From: an uncultured Holophagales bacterium | GTDB taxonomy: Bacteria > Acidobacteriota > Thermoanaerobaculia > Multivoradales > UBA5704 | Direction of reading: 5' to 3' | DNA: 64,000 nt | Assembly: GCA_963741305.1 (NCBI GenBank) | Contig: CAVUHL010000003.1 | Span: forward strand, 4,403,973 to 4,467,972 | Shown here: in pieces, positions 19,230 through 28,930 of the stretch | How the letters are laid out: the number at the start of each line of letters is the position of its first letter | Position numbering within the stretch: position 1 is the stretch's first letter | The notes under the pieces: generated by a model | Database searches by the model: none | What the model was told of the DNA's origin: nothing | Seen by the model: only the letters and a program-made list of their open reading frames with translations | Made by a program: the position numbers and the translations under genes

Positions 19230-20651
19230 ATGGCGGACAAGACGCTGCGGGTGGGAGTGCTCGCGCCGGTCAACACGCTGAATCCCAGGGAGGCGCAGGA
19301 TTTCACCAGCATCCTGGCCGTCGAGCAGGTGTTCGAGACCCCCTTCGCTCAGCCGGCCAATGCCGGCGAGATGACCGAGCCCCTCCTGCTCGCAGAGCGC
19401 CTGCGTCCGGACGGCGACCTGGTCTACTCCGCCCGGGTCCGTCCCGGAATCTTCTTCTCGGATGGCACGCCGATGACCGCGCGCCATGTGGCCGACTCGC
19501 TGTCCAGGGTGAACCCATTCCGCGAGCAGGCCACGGCCGAGGCGCAGGACGACCGCGTCGTCTTCCGGCTCACGCGCCCGAACACGCGGTTCGACCTCGC
19601 GCTCGCCCGGCGCTTCTGCGGCGTGATGCTGGAGTCCGGCGGCAAGCTCCTCGGCACCGGCCCCTACATGCCCGCTCCGGACTCCACCCCCGAGCACACG
19701 AGGATGGTGCGCAACCCCCACTACCGCAAGCCGCCGGCGATCGGCGAGCTCGTGTTCCAGCTCTATCCGCCTGACGCCCAGGGCCGGCCCACGGCCCTCA
19801 CCACGGCCCTGGAGGCCGGGGAGGCGGATTTCACGAACATGCTCTCCCGCGAGGACATCTCGCAGCTCAAGAAAGTGCGGCGCTGGACCGAGCCGGGCAG
19901 CTCCACCGCGGTCTTCTACATGAACACCAGCCGTCCCGGGCTCGAAGACCGGCGCGTCCGGCGGTCGATCGCCCTCGCCATCGACCGCATGGAGGTCGCC
20001 AAGATGTTCTTCGCGAACGCCCTGGCCTTCGCCGCCTCCAACCTGCTCCCGCCCATGCTCGGCCGGTCGCAGGATGGCCTGGCCTACGATCCGTCCCAGG
20101 CAGCCAACCTCATGGCCTCGGCCGGATCGCGCAAGCCCAGCCGCCGCCTGTCGCTGCTGCTGATCTACGGCCCGCGCCCCTACCTCCCCGGTCCGCAAAG
20201 GGTGGGCGAGTACATCGCGGCCCAGCTCGGCAGGCTCGGCCTCACGGTCGACCTGGTGCCCACGGCCAACCGCAAGGAGTACTTCGCCCGGGTGCAGCGT
20301 GGAGAGTACGACTTCGCGCTCGCCGGCTGGATCGCGGACACTCTCGATCCCGTGGACTTCCTCCAGGCGAGCCTGGGCTCGGAGTCGATCCCCTCGCCGC
20401 TGCGCAAGACCACCGAGGCCGGCAACCTGAGCCGCTGGTCGAGCCCGGAAATGGACGAGGCCCTGGCCCGTCTGCGCGAAGAGCCGCGGGACGACCTCCG
20501 CGCCGCCCTCCTCAAAAAGGTCGGAGAGGAGGCGCCGTTGCTCCCCCTGCTCTACGGCGCAACCATCTTCGCCCACACCTGGAAGCTGAAGGGCTTCAAG
20601 CCTTCGCCCCTGGGCAAGGCGAGCTTCGCGGAGCTGGACCTGCAGGAATGA
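19230..20651 (+). CDS. ABC-transporter family-5 (peptide/nickel/opine type) solute-binding protein homolog, orphan, no signal peptide
   Basis: Length and conserved blocks of SBP_bac_5. RBS CAGGAGG. No adjacent permease or ATPase genes. N-terminus lacks a signal peptide. Confidence 0.65.
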   Translation: MADKTLRVGVLAPVNTLNPREAQDFTSILAVEQVFETPFAQPANAGEMTEPLLLAERLRPDGDLVYSARVRPGIFFSDGTPMTARHVADSLSRVNPFREQATAEAQDDRVVFRLTRPNTRFDLALARRFCGVMLESGGKLLGTGPYMPAPDSTPEHTRMVRNPHYRKPPAIGELVFQLYPPDAQGRPTALTTALEAGEADFTNMLSREDISQLKKVRRWTEPGSSTAVFYMNTSRPGLEDRRVRRSIALAIDRMEVAKMFFANALAFAASNLLPPMLGRSQDGLAYDPSQAANLMASAGSRKPSRRLSLLLIYGPRPYLPGPQRVGEYIAAQLGRLGLTVDLVPTANRKEYFARVQRGEYDFALAGWIADTLDPVDFLQASLGSESIPSPLRKTTEAGNLSRWSSPEMDEALARLREEPRDDLRAALLKKVGEEAPLLPLLYGATIFAHTWKLKGFKPSPLGKASFAELDLQE

Positions 20652-21568
20652 CCCGCCCGCGCGGGCCTGTTGCTCTCCTCGTGAAGAAGAAGCTCCTCCC
20701 GCTGCTGCTCGCTTATGCCTTCCTGGCCCAGCCCACGGCTTCTCGAGCCGACGTGCGCCAGGATCTGCTCCGCCTGATCAACGCGGAGCGCTCGCGGGCA
20801 GGCTCGCCGCCGCTCCGCCTGAACGACGCCCTCAGCAGGGCGGCCCAGCAGCACGCCGACGACATCTCGCGCACCGGAGACTTCCAGAAGGGCTCCTCGG
20901 AGACGATGCGGGACCGGCTCCAGAAGGCCGGCTATCACGCGTACGAGTGGACCGAGAACCTCACCCAGTCCGGCGCCGATCCCGAAGGCCTCCTCAGCTA
21001 CTGGAAGAGGCGCAACCCGTCCACTTTCCAGGATCTGATGAGGGCGGACTACCGCGACATCGGCTTCGGGCTCTCGCGCCTGGATGGCACCCCGCTCTAC
21101 AGCTTCCTCTTCGCGGTCCCGCAGTCGGATTACTTCGCCCGCGAGACCAGCGCCCTCCGCGATCCCGGCGCGGTGCACGAGGAGATGCTGGCCCGCGTCA
21201 ATGCCCACCGCAAGAAGGCCGGGCTCAAGGCGCTGCGGCTGAATTCCGTGCTCGCCAAGGCCGCCCAGGGCCACGCCGAGGACATGCTGGCCCGCGGCTA
21301 CTTCGCCCACGAGAGCCCCTCCGGCACCACGGTCCGCGAGCGCTCCAGGAAGGCCGGCTACGATTGGGCCGCCATCGGCGAGAACATCGCCTTCGGCCAG
21401 ACTACGGTCGAAGAGGTCGTCGAGACCTGGATGGACAGCCCGGGCCACCGCAAGAACATCCTCAGCCCCAACTACACCGAGATGGGAATCGGCCTCGCCA
21501 TGGGCAAGGGCCCAGACGGCAAGCACCAGATCCTCTGGGCCCAAAACCTGGGCGCGCCCCGCCGCTGA
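20648..21568 (+). CDS. Secreted protein with two tandem CAP (SCP/PR-1-like) domains
   Basis: Signal peptide. Two copies of the CAP signature (GENIAFG...SPGHRKNIL; YTEMGIG). ATGA overlap with the SBP gene's stop. Confidence 0.7.
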   Translation: MTRPRGPVALLVKKKLLPLLLAYAFLAQPTASRADVRQDLLRLINAERSRAGSPPLRLNDALSRAAQQHADDISRTGDFQKGSSETMRDRLQKAGYHAYEWTENLTQSGADPEGLLSYWKRRNPSTFQDLMRADYRDIGFGLSRLDGTPLYSFLFAVPQSDYFARETSALRDPGAVHEEMLARVNAHRKKAGLKALRLNSVLAKAAQGHAEDMLARGYFAHESPSGTTVRERSRKAGYDWAAIGENIAFGQTTVEEVVETWMDSPGHRKNILSPNYTEMGIGLAMGKGPDGKHQILWAQNLGAPRR

Positions 21569-21642
21569 TTCTCCCCTATCCACCGGCACTTTCCTGATGT
21601 ATTCTATTTGGCACATATACGCTGCCTTCTACGAGGACATCC

Positions 21643-22539
21643 GTGCTGCCGGTATTGCTGCTGGTCACCGCGTTGTCTCCTGCGCCCGATCTGGACCGGG
21701 TGCGTCAGGATCTCCTGCTCCGGCTCAACGCCGAGCGTGAGCACGCCGGAGCTCCGCCCTTCCGTCTCGTCCCTGTTCTGAACCAGGCTGCTCAGCAGCA
21801 AGTCGAAGAGACCGGCCGCCGCGGGTGGGGAGGCCGCTTGTCAGAGGAAACCGCGGCCGTGCAGGCGCGCTTGGGGAACGTCGGCTATCTCGCCTATACC
21901 TGGAAGGAGAGCTTCGTCGTCTCCGATGGCGATCTCCACGAGGTGGTCGATCAGTGGCGGCGCCTGGACCGCCGGTCCCGCGAGCTGAGCCCCCAGCTCC
22001 GGGACGTGGGCATCGGCATCGCCGAGTACCGCGGCGCTACGCTCTACGCCCTCCTCTTCGGCTGGCACCAGGGGGACTACTTCGCCCACGAGACCGCATC
22101 GCTGCGCGACCTGGAGGCAGTGCGGTCCGAGATGCTCGCCCGGGTCAACGCCGCCCGAAGATCCGTGGGGCTCGCCCCGTTGAGACGGAGCCCCGACCTC
22201 GACCTCGCCGCCCAGGAGCACGCCCGCGACCTGCTGGAGCGCGGCTACTTCGAGCACGTCAGCCCGGAAGGATCCACTCCCCTCTCCCGGGCGAGCGCAG
22301 CCGGCTACCGCGGCCTGATCTCCGAGAACCTGCACCGGCGCCTCGGTTCGCTCGAGGTTGTCCTCGACGACTGGCTGCGCAGCCCGGGCCACCGCCGCAA
22401 CCTCCTCGACCCCGGAGCTAGCGATCTCGGCGTCGGCCTCGCCATCGGCCCCGGGTATGGACTGGACCCGAGCGGCTACCGGGTGATCTGGGTGCAGAAC
22501 TTCGGGCGGCGGGCGGGAACAGTTGGACTGGCGCCCTGA
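21643..22539 (+). CDS. Paralogous secreted protein with two tandem CAP domains
   Basis: Same architecture and motifs (SENL...SPGHRRNLLD) as the upstream gene. GTG start. Tandem duplication. Confidence 0.65.
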   Translation: MLPVLLLVTALSPAPDLDRVRQDLLLRLNAEREHAGAPPFRLVPVLNQAAQQQVEETGRRGWGGRLSEETAAVQARLGNVGYLAYTWKESFVVSDGDLHEVVDQWRRLDRRSRELSPQLRDVGIGIAEYRGATLYALLFGWHQGDYFAHETASLRDLEAVRSEMLARVNAARRSVGLAPLRRSPDLDLAAQEHARDLLERGYFEHVSPEGSTPLSRASAAGYRGLISENLHRRLGSLEVVLDDWLRSPGHRRNLLDPGASDLGVGLAIGPGYGLDPSGYRVIWVQNFGRRAGTVGLAP

Positions 22540-22545
22540 GGAGGC

Positions 22546-22770
22546 TCAGGCCTGTTGCTTGAGCTCTTTTCTAGTGGCTCTCAGCAGGAATCGAAGGGCC
22601 TCGTTGACCGCTGCTTCATCAGGGAATGCTTCAGCCACGTCGGGTGCGAGCTGCACCGTGCGATTCGACGCAGCCTCCCTGCCGGGTCCGCGCCTCACGA
22701 GCCGAAGAGTCTTTAGGTCGTACTCCGGCCGAAGGTCGTCTTCTAGGTCGAGATCATCATTCTTGCTCAT
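22546..22770 (-). CDS. brnA: BrnA-family antitoxin
   Basis: 74 aa. Acidic N-terminus DLDLEDDLRPEYDL and C-terminal RHH-like region. Overlaps the brnT stop by 14 bp. Confidence 0.65.
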   Translation of the reverse strand: MSKNDDLDLEDDLRPEYDLKTLRLVRRGPGREAASNRTVQLAPDVAEAFPDEAAVNEALRFLLRATRKELKQQA

Positions 22771-23029
22771 AGTCTCTGCGCTCGCGCCGGGTCGCCTCCC
22801 GTGCGCTGATCAGGCGAACCGATTCAGCCCGATCCGTGTAGGCAACAAAGAGTAGCCGTCCTTGGCTAGACCTACCGATGATAAGGAGACGCTCTTCTTC
22901 CAGAGAGTGGTCCGGGTCGGAGTAGACGAGAAAGCGATCATCGTCGAAAACCGTCCGTGCTTCCTCGAAGGAGACCCCGTGCTTGCTGAGGTTGTGGGCT
23001 GCCTTGCGGGGATCCCACTCGAATGGCAC
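22757..23029 (-). CDS. brnT: BrnT-family (DUF497) ribonuclease toxin
   Basis: MPFEWDPRKAAHNLSKHGVSFEEARTVFDD matches the DUF497/BrnT N-terminal signature. Toxin-first arrangement as in brnTA operons. Confidence 0.75.
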   Translation of the reverse strand: MPFEWDPRKAAHNLSKHGVSFEEARTVFDDDRFLVYSDPDHSLEEERLLIIGRSSQGRLLFVAYTDRAESVRLISAREATRRERRDYEQE

Positions 23030-23058
23030 ACCTGAAAGTATACCTCCTCGGAGGTGAC

Positions 23059-23346
23059 ATGACCCGCCAAAACGTAGGCATCCTGATCTTCGACGATGTC
23101 GAGGTCCTCGACTTCGCGGGGCCTTTCGAGGTCTTCTCCCGCACGCGGACGGTCCCCGGGCCGGAATCCCGCCGGTCGGAGGACAGTGCGCCCTTTCACG
23201 TCTTCACCGTGGCGAAATCCAAGGACCCGGTCACCACGACCGGCGGCTTGGTCGTGATCCCCCGCCACGACTTCACGGACGCTCCCCGCCTCTGCGGGCG
23301 GGACGTCGCCGACGAGACGGCGCGCTACATCGAATACCTGCGGTAG
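23059..23346 (+). pseudogene. Truncated DJ-1/PfpI-family gene remnant (N-terminal ~95 aa only)
   Basis: GILIFDDVEVLDFAGPFEVFS is the DJ-1/PfpI N-terminal strand-helix. The ORF terminates before the nucleophile-elbow Cys region, so it is about half the normal length. Confidence 0.4.
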
Positions 23347-23572
23347 GAAACTCACTTCCCTGTCCAGGTAAGTCACTCACCCGCTCGGTAGAAATGATGA
23401 GTCGCTCACACTCAAGAAGCACCCCACTTCCCCTCCCCGATCTTCCCGGAAGAGCTACCCTGAGTAACCCGAACTCAGGTCTGGAATGCCGGCTGTCCCG
23501 AGCCTGTTGGAGGAAGTACGGATCGTTCAGCCCTGAATCTTCTGGCTGGGCGAGAAAGGGATAAGGAAAGAA

Positions 23573-26035
23573 ATGTCCGAAAGAATGACGCTTCCCGTGC
23601 TCCCCCTGAGGGACTTCGTGCTGTTCCCGGGCGTCACCGCGCCGATCAACGCGGGGAAGCCTGCCACGCTCCGGGCGATCGAGGCCGCGCTGGCCACCCC
23701 GGAACGCCTGGTGTTCGCCGTGTCGCAGCGGGAAGACGTCCCGCAGGTGACGCCGGAAGCTCTCCATACCATTGGTACCGTGGCCAAGATCGGCCAGATC
23801 CAGAGGGGCCTCGGCGGCATGCAGCTCCTGCTGCAGGGCGAGCACCGCGGTATCGCCATGAGGATCATCGAGAAGGACGGCCATCTCGAAGCCACCGTGC
23901 GCGAGGCCGACGAGATGCTGCCCCTGGACGCCAACGATCCGGCGTTCGTCGGCCTCTTCCGCGAAGCGCGCGAGCGCGCCGCCGAGCTGGGCACCAAGTC
24001 GGGCCTGCCCGAGGAGGTCGTCCACCAAGTGCTCGAGGGCATAACCGACCCCGGCCGGCTCGCCGACGTGGTTGCCGCCTACACCGACGTACCCGCCAAG
24101 CAGCGCCAGATGCTGCTCGAAACCCTCTCCGTCGAGGAGCGGCTGAGGCGCGTCCTGCTCCACGTCCAGCGGCAGCTCGAGGTGCTCGAAGCGCAGGAGG
24201 ACATCAAGAGCCGCGTCCAGGAAGAGCTGGGCGACCGGCAGCGCGAGATGTTCTTGCGCGAGCAGCTCAAGGCCATTCAGAAGGAGCTGGGCGAGGGCGA
24301 GGGCGGCAACGAGATCGAGGAGCTCCGCGAGCGCCTCGACAAGCTCGAGCTGCCGGCCGACGTGCGCAAGGAAGTCGACCGCGAGCTCTCCCGCCTCGGC
24401 CGCATGGGCCGCGAGGCCATGGAGACCCAGGTCATCCGCAACTACCTGGAGACCGTCGCGGAGCTGCCCTGGAACGAGCGCAGCCCCGAACACCTCGACA
24501 TCCCCGAGGCCGCCCGGATCCTCGAAGAGGACCACTACGCCCTCGGCGATGTGAAGGACCGCGTTTTGGAGTTCCTGGCGGTGCGCCAGCTCCGGATGCA
24601 GGAGGAGAAGGCAGAGGCGGCGGAAGCCGAGGAAACCGAGGAGACCGAGGACGGCAAGGACAGCAAGGACGCCAAGGACAACAACGACGCTCGGAGCTCG
24701 AAGGGGCCGATCCTGTTGTTCGTTGGTCCTCCGGGCGTGGGCAAGACTTCGGTTGCCAAGTCGATCGCCCGGGCCATGGGGCGCAAGTACGTGCGCATCT
24801 CCCTGGGCGGCGTTCGGGACGAGGCCGACATCCGCGGCCACCGGCGCACCTACGTCGGCGCCATGCCCGGCCGGATCATCCAGGGCATGAGGCAGGCCGG
24901 CACCAAGAACCCGGTCTTCCTGCTCGACGAGGTCGACAAGCTCGGCGTCTCCTACCAGGGTGATCCGTCGAGCGCGCTCCTCGAAGTGCTCGACCCGGCC
25001 CAGAACGACTCGTTCACCGACCACTACCTCGGCGTGCCGTTCGACCTGTCGGAAGTGCTGTTCGTCGCCACGGCGAACTTCATCCAGAACATCCCCGGGC
25101 CGCTGCTCGACCGGATGGAAGTGGTGCAGTTCTCCGGCTACACCGAGCAGGAGAAGCGGACGATCGCGCGCCGCTTCCTCGTGCCCCGTCAGCTCAAGGA
25201 GAACGGCCTGAACACGCAGCAGATCGACATCACCGAGGAGGCCATCCGCGAGACGATCACGGGCTACACCCGGGAGTCCGGCGTGCGGCAGCTGGAGCGG
25301 GAAATGGGCAAGCTGTCGCGCAAGGTGGCGCGCAAGATCGCGGCGCGGGAAGCCGACAAGGTCGTCGTCGACCCCGCCAAGGTGCGCGAGCTCCTCGGCC
25401 GGCCGAAGGTCCACCCGGAACGGGCACAGGCCCAGGACCAGGTGGGCGTCGCCACGGGCATGTACTACACGCCGACCGGCGGAGACATCATGTTCGTGGA
25501 GGCCTCGACCATGCGTGGCAAGGGCGACCTGGTGCTCACCGGCCAGCTCGGCGACGTCATGAAGGAGTCTGCCCGTGCCGCCTGGACCTACGCCCGGGCA
25601 CACGCGGACACCCTCGGCATCCCCGAGAACTGCTTCGAGCGTGACGTGCACGTGCACGTTCCGGCCGGAGCGATCCCGAAGGACGGCCCCTCGGCGGGCG
25701 TGACCATGGCCACGGCCCTGATCTCCGCCCTCTCGAACCGTCCGGCGCGCCACGACATCGCCATGACCGGCGAGATCACGCTCTCCGGCCGGGTGCTGCC
25801 GATCGGCGGCGTCAAGGAAAAGGTCCTCGGCGCGGTACGCGCCGGCCTCACCGAAGTCCTCCTGCCCAAGGACAACGAGGCCGACCTCGAAGACCTGCCG
25901 CAGGAGGTGGTCGACACCATCCACATCCACTTCGCGGCCGAGCTGGGCGACGTCCTCGCCCTGACCCTCCGCGGAGCCACCTACAGCGAAGGCCGCCTCT
26001 CCTTCGGAGAACCGGCGAGCCTGGCACTGCACTGA
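23573..26035 (+). CDS. lon: ATP-dependent Lon protease
   Basis: LON N-domain, AAA+ motifs (GPPGVGKTS Walker A; FLLDEVDK Walker B) and the S-K dyad protease domain ([13 protein letters not shown]). Contains an acidic Glu/Asp/Lys-rich insertion, aa ~335-365. Confidence 0.95.
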   Translation: MSERMTLPVLPLRDFVLFPGVTAPINAGKPATLRAIEAALATPERLVFAVSQREDVPQVTPEALHTIGTVAKIGQIQRGLGGMQLLLQGEHRGIAMRIIEKDGHLEATVREADEMLPLDANDPAFVGLFREARERAAELGTKSGLPEEVVHQVLEGITDPGRLADVVAAYTDVPAKQRQMLLETLSVEERLRRVLLHVQRQLEVLEAQEDIKSRVQEELGDRQREMFLREQLKAIQKELGEGEGGNEIEELRERLDKLELPADVRKEVDRELSRLGRMGREAMETQVIRNYLETVAELPWNERSPEHLDIPEAARILEEDHYALGDVKDRVLEFLAVRQLRMQEEKAEAAEAEETEETEDGKDSKDAKDNNDARSSKGPILLFVGPPGVGKTSVAKSIARAMGRKYVRISLGGVRDEADIRGHRRTYVGAMPGRIIQGMRQAGTKNPVFLLDEVDKLGVSYQGDPSSALLEVLDPAQNDSFTDHYLGVPFDLSEVLFVATANFIQNIPGPLLDRMEVVQFSGYTEQEKRTIARRFLVPRQLKENGLNTQQIDITEEAIRETITGYTRESGVRQLEREMGKLSRKVARKIAAREADKVVVDPAKVRELLGRPKVHPERAQAQDQVGVATGMYYTPTGGDIMFVEASTMRGKGDLVLTGQLGDVMKESARAAWTYARAHADTLGIPENCFERDVHVHVPAGAIPKDGPSAGVTMATALISALSNRPARHDIAMTGEITLSGRVLPIGGVKEKVLGAVRAGLTEVLLPKDNEADLEDLPQEVVDTIHIHFAAELGDVLALTLRGATYSEGRLSFGEPASLALH

Positions 26036-26090
26036 CCCCGTTCCCCCTCTCCCCAGCCCTCTCCCCCGTTCCGGGGGAGAGGGAGCAAGA

Positions 26091-26130
26091 CAAAAAGGCC
26101 GGCGGTGCGACCCGCCGGCCTTTTCTTTTT
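26091..26130. terminator. Bidirectional Rho-independent terminator between lon (plus) and the OMP gene (minus)
   Basis: CAAAAA-GGCCGGCGG-tgcgac-CCGCCGGCC-TTTTCTTTTT: 9-bp GC stem with an A-tract on one side and a T-tract on the other. Confidence 0.8.
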
Positions 26131-26197
26131 CCGGTCCCCCCTCTCCCGGGAGGGTGTGAGTGCGTGTGGGAGAGGGGGTCAGGGGGTGAGGGTCACA
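26131..26197. repeat. ~67-bp GGGAGAGGGG-containing palindromic intergenic element, copy A
   Basis: CCGGTCCCCCCTCTCCCGGGAGGGTGTGAGTGCGTGTGGGAGAGGGGGTCAGGGGGTGAGGGTCA is ~92% identical to 40659-40735 and inverted-similar to 40579-40640. Confidence 0.8.
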
Positions 26198-26897
26198 GGT
26201 TCCACGAAATCCCGGCCACGAACTCCCGGCCGGAAAGATCGATGTCCCCCAGGTTCTCGAAATCGCCGTCCAGCTCGTCGTCCACCCGGGTCCAGCGCGC
26301 CTCCCCGAAGACGGAGATGCGGTGGGTGATCGGCGCCTCCAACCCTACCAGCCAGTAGAAGCCGAAGGCCTCGCCCTCGGACTCAAGCGCGGCGTTGAAG
26401 ATGTCGTCGTTCGAGTCGATGAAGTCGCCGTCCTCCTCCAGCCGCCAGAGGTAGAGGCCGCCGCCCGCACCCACGTAGGGAACGACCGGCGCATTCGGCC
26501 CGAGGAAGCTGAAGTTCAGGCCCGCGGTCAGCGAGTTAATCTCCAGCGTGGCATCGTGCCGGATGTCGTCGCCGAAGTTGTCCACGAAGTCGCGGTAGGC
26601 CTGGGTCTGATCCCCCTCGTAGTGGCTGCCCGAGAAGAGCAGGCCCAGGTGCCGGTTGAGGCTGAGCAGGTAATCGGCGCCAAACGAGACGTTCTCGAAG
26701 TCATCGATGTCGCCCGTGAAATCCTCGAACTTGTCGTCCCAGTACTCCGAGTCGCCCTCCGGCTGGAAGGAGCCCAGGTGGAGCCGGAACGCTCCATCCC
26801 TCTCATACGTTCCCCGCTGTGCCCAGGCCGGGGTGGACGCCACCAGCAGTCCGGCCAGCATCCAGATCGCGTGCGATCGCTTGCTCGTCATTGTCAT
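26193..26897 (-). CDS. Outer-membrane beta-barrel protein (OmpW/porin-like)
   Basis: Signal peptide ending AWA. Alternating amphipathic beta-strands rich in Gly, Asp and aromatics. C-terminal residues GISWNL. Confidence 0.65.
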   Translation of the reverse strand: MTMTSKRSHAIWMLAGLLVASTPAWAQRGTYERDGAFRLHLGSFQPEGDSEYWDDKFEDFTGDIDDFENVSFGADYLLSLNRHLGLLFSGSHYEGDQTQAYRDFVDNFGDDIRHDATLEINSLTAGLNFSFLGPNAPVVPYVGAGGGLYLWRLEEDGDFIDSNDDIFNAALESEGEAFGFYWLVGLEAPITHRISVFGEARWTRVDDELDGDFENLGDIDLSGREFVAGISWNL

Positions 26898-27085
26898 CTC
26901 CTTGCGTCTCCTGTCATCGAGACGTTCTGGAATGAGCCCAGGAGCAACGGCGGTGCCAAGGCAGGAGGAAGAGGGCGGATCCGCCCTAACTCATCTGTTC
27001 TCAACAAATTCGAACGGCCCCGCAGCTTCCCGCGAGGCCGTCGCAAACGTCCATTCTAGAGGACGCTCTTGTTTGGATCGGTAGA

Positions 27086-28558
27086 TCAGTTCGCTTCGAC
27101 CGTCACCGACTCCGAGGGGTCGGAAGCGACCGTCCCCTTCTTCGCTGTCACCCGGAAGGTATAGCTCTTGCCCGAGGCAAGGCCGACGACCGTGGCGCTC
27201 GTGACGTTCTTCTTCACACTCCCGACCGCCTTGTACTTCTTGCCCTTCTTCATCTCGACGACAAACACGGTCTCGTTGTTCGAATTGTCGGACCAGGTGA
27301 GCCGGACGGAGCGCGACAAACTTTCCGCTTCCAGGTCCGAGGGGGCAGCCGGCTTGTTCGGGTTGCCGGTGGAGTAGAGCGAAGCGATGCCGGCCTTGTC
27401 GTCCTTCTGGATCGTCGCGCCGCGTTCGTCCGAGTGCGCGATCGCCCGCATCAGCGCATCGCCCTTGTCCTTGGTGTTGCATGGGCCGTTGCTGGTGTCG
27501 CCGCAGGAGTGGCCCAGGCCCAGGGTATGCCCCAGCTCGTGGCCATAGATCTGCTCCGCACGCTTGCCGGACGTGAACCAGCAAACCGCGCCGTCGTTGA
27601 TCACGATGTCGCCGGCGGCGATCGTCGCCGGTGTCGTCCTGTCGTCGAACCAGGTGCCGCCGATCGCCAGCACGCCCTCGCCCCGGCCAGGGCTCGGGCA
27701 AATGAAGGTGCCAGGAGCTTCGCTGTGGACGTCCTGGAACAGGATGACGTTGGCCTCGTCGAAATCCGAGAACCCGGTGTTGTCCGTCGTCGTGCCGTCG
27801 TACCTGTAGCGGATGTTCGTCGCCGAGTCATTGTTCCAGGCCTGGAGCGCGTTCTGGAACTCCGCGAAGCCGCCGCCGGGGAAACCGGTCTGGCCCGTGA
27901 CGTGCGCCTTCCAGACGACGTCCTCACCGCGGTCGAACTGCAGCCAGCGCTGCTTGACCTTGCCGAGGTAGGAGAACGCCTCCCAGGTGACTCCCATCTT
28001 CGGCGGCGCCACGAAATAGTCCGCCTCCCGCTGCACGCCCGCGGCGCGGTCGGCCAGCCAGTTGCCGAAGCGCTGCAGGTCGCGCACGCCCTCGGAACCG
28101 GCCGCCTCGACCTCATAGACCTCGGAAAGGTCGCGGATGGCCAGGCGGCGGCCCTCCGAGCGCAGCTCGTGGAACGTGCCCTGCGCGAGATGGAGAGGGC
28201 CGAACGAGCCGTCCCCGTTCGCCGCCAGGAAGACCAGCGCCCGCTCGCCGATCCGGAAATCCGGAGCGCCCCAGATCTTCAGCTTGAGGCCGTTGGCCGC
28301 GGTGCCGCCGGGCACCCGCACGACCACCGTGCCGCTCTGGATGTCGCCCTTGACCAAGCGCTCGACACGCAGGCGGTACTCCGTTGCCGGCCGGCCGGCC
28401 GAGGAACTGGGACCGGTCCCGATGACCGTGCCCTCGGCGATTACGGCAGCCTGATCGGCCAGCGAGCTGTCCCGGATCGGCAGCACCGAGGTCGCCGAAG
28501 CGGTGTGGACCGCCGCGATCAAGAATAGAATTGAAAACAGGAACGTGGCCTTGCGCAT
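27086..28558 (-). CDS. Secreted metzincin-type zinc metalloprotease with C-terminal fibronectin type-III domain
   Basis: Signal peptide. HELGHTLGLGHS zinc-binding motif followed by an ALM Met-turn. C-terminal ~90 aa have FN3 character (PSDLEAESLSRSVRLTWSDNSNNET...YTFRVTA). Confidence 0.75.
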   Translation of the reverse strand: MRKATFLFSILFLIAAVHTASATSVLPIRDSSLADQAAVIAEGTVIGTGPSSSAGRPATEYRLRVERLVKGDIQSGTVVVRVPGGTAANGLKLKIWGAPDFRIGERALVFLAANGDGSFGPLHLAQGTFHELRSEGRRLAIRDLSEVYEVEAAGSEGVRDLQRFGNWLADRAAGVQREADYFVAPPKMGVTWEAFSYLGKVKQRWLQFDRGEDVVWKAHVTGQTGFPGGGFAEFQNALQAWNNDSATNIRYRYDGTTTDNTGFSDFDEANVILFQDVHSEAPGTFICPSPGRGEGVLAIGGTWFDDRTTPATIAAGDIVINDGAVCWFTSGKRAEQIYGHELGHTLGLGHSCGDTSNGPCNTKDKGDALMRAIAHSDERGATIQKDDKAGIASLYSTGNPNKPAAPSDLEAESLSRSVRLTWSDNSNNETVFVVEMKKGKKYKAVGSVKKNVTSATVVGLASGKSYTFRVTAKKGTVASDPSESVTVEAN

Positions 28559-28674
28559 CGTGCAACCTCCAGCATGTGCGGGTTTGCTATTGAGACTTGC
28601 TTTACAGGATACCAGACCCGCCCCTTCCCTTCCAGACGCGTGTCTATAGAATCACCCCCGAAAGAGGAGGAGAT

Positions 28675-28915
28675 GCCCATGGTTCAGTTGTTCGACAAGC
28701 AGACGGGTGCCGAGGTCGGCATCCTCACCGACGACCAGTTCCAGTTCCTCGTGGACCACCTCGAAGAGGAGTCCTCGGACGATGACGACTATTACTTGAA
28801 CCGCTCCACCGTAGACCTCCTGGAGAGCGCGGGCGCGGATCCCGAGCTGGTCCAGGTCCTGCGCCGTGCCCTTGGCGACCGGGACGAGATGGACCTGCGC
28901 TGGACGCGTTCCTAG
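28675..28915 (+). CDS. Small acidic hypothetical protein (80 aa)
   Basis: AGGAGGAG RBS then ATG 28675. Highly acidic (SSDDDDYY). Ends 15 bp upstream of the TPR-AAA gene. Probable operon partner. Confidence 0.5.
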
Positions 28916-28930
28916 GAGCCCCGATCGCCA

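Noticed and set aside
19218-21616. Minus-strand ORFs 19218..20576 and 20552..21616 across the SBP/CAP genes
   Set aside because: Antisense shadows of genes with clear SBP_bac_5 and CAP-domain signatures.
23273-26032. 919-aa minus-strand ORF covering lon
   Set aside because: Antisense to a canonical Lon protease. Low-complexity GC-frame translation.
26898-27085. GGGCGGATCCGCCC perfect palindrome (~26966-26979) as a terminator for the metalloprotease gene
   Set aside because: No adjacent U-tract on the relevant strand. Kept only as a possible protein-binding palindrome and not annotated.
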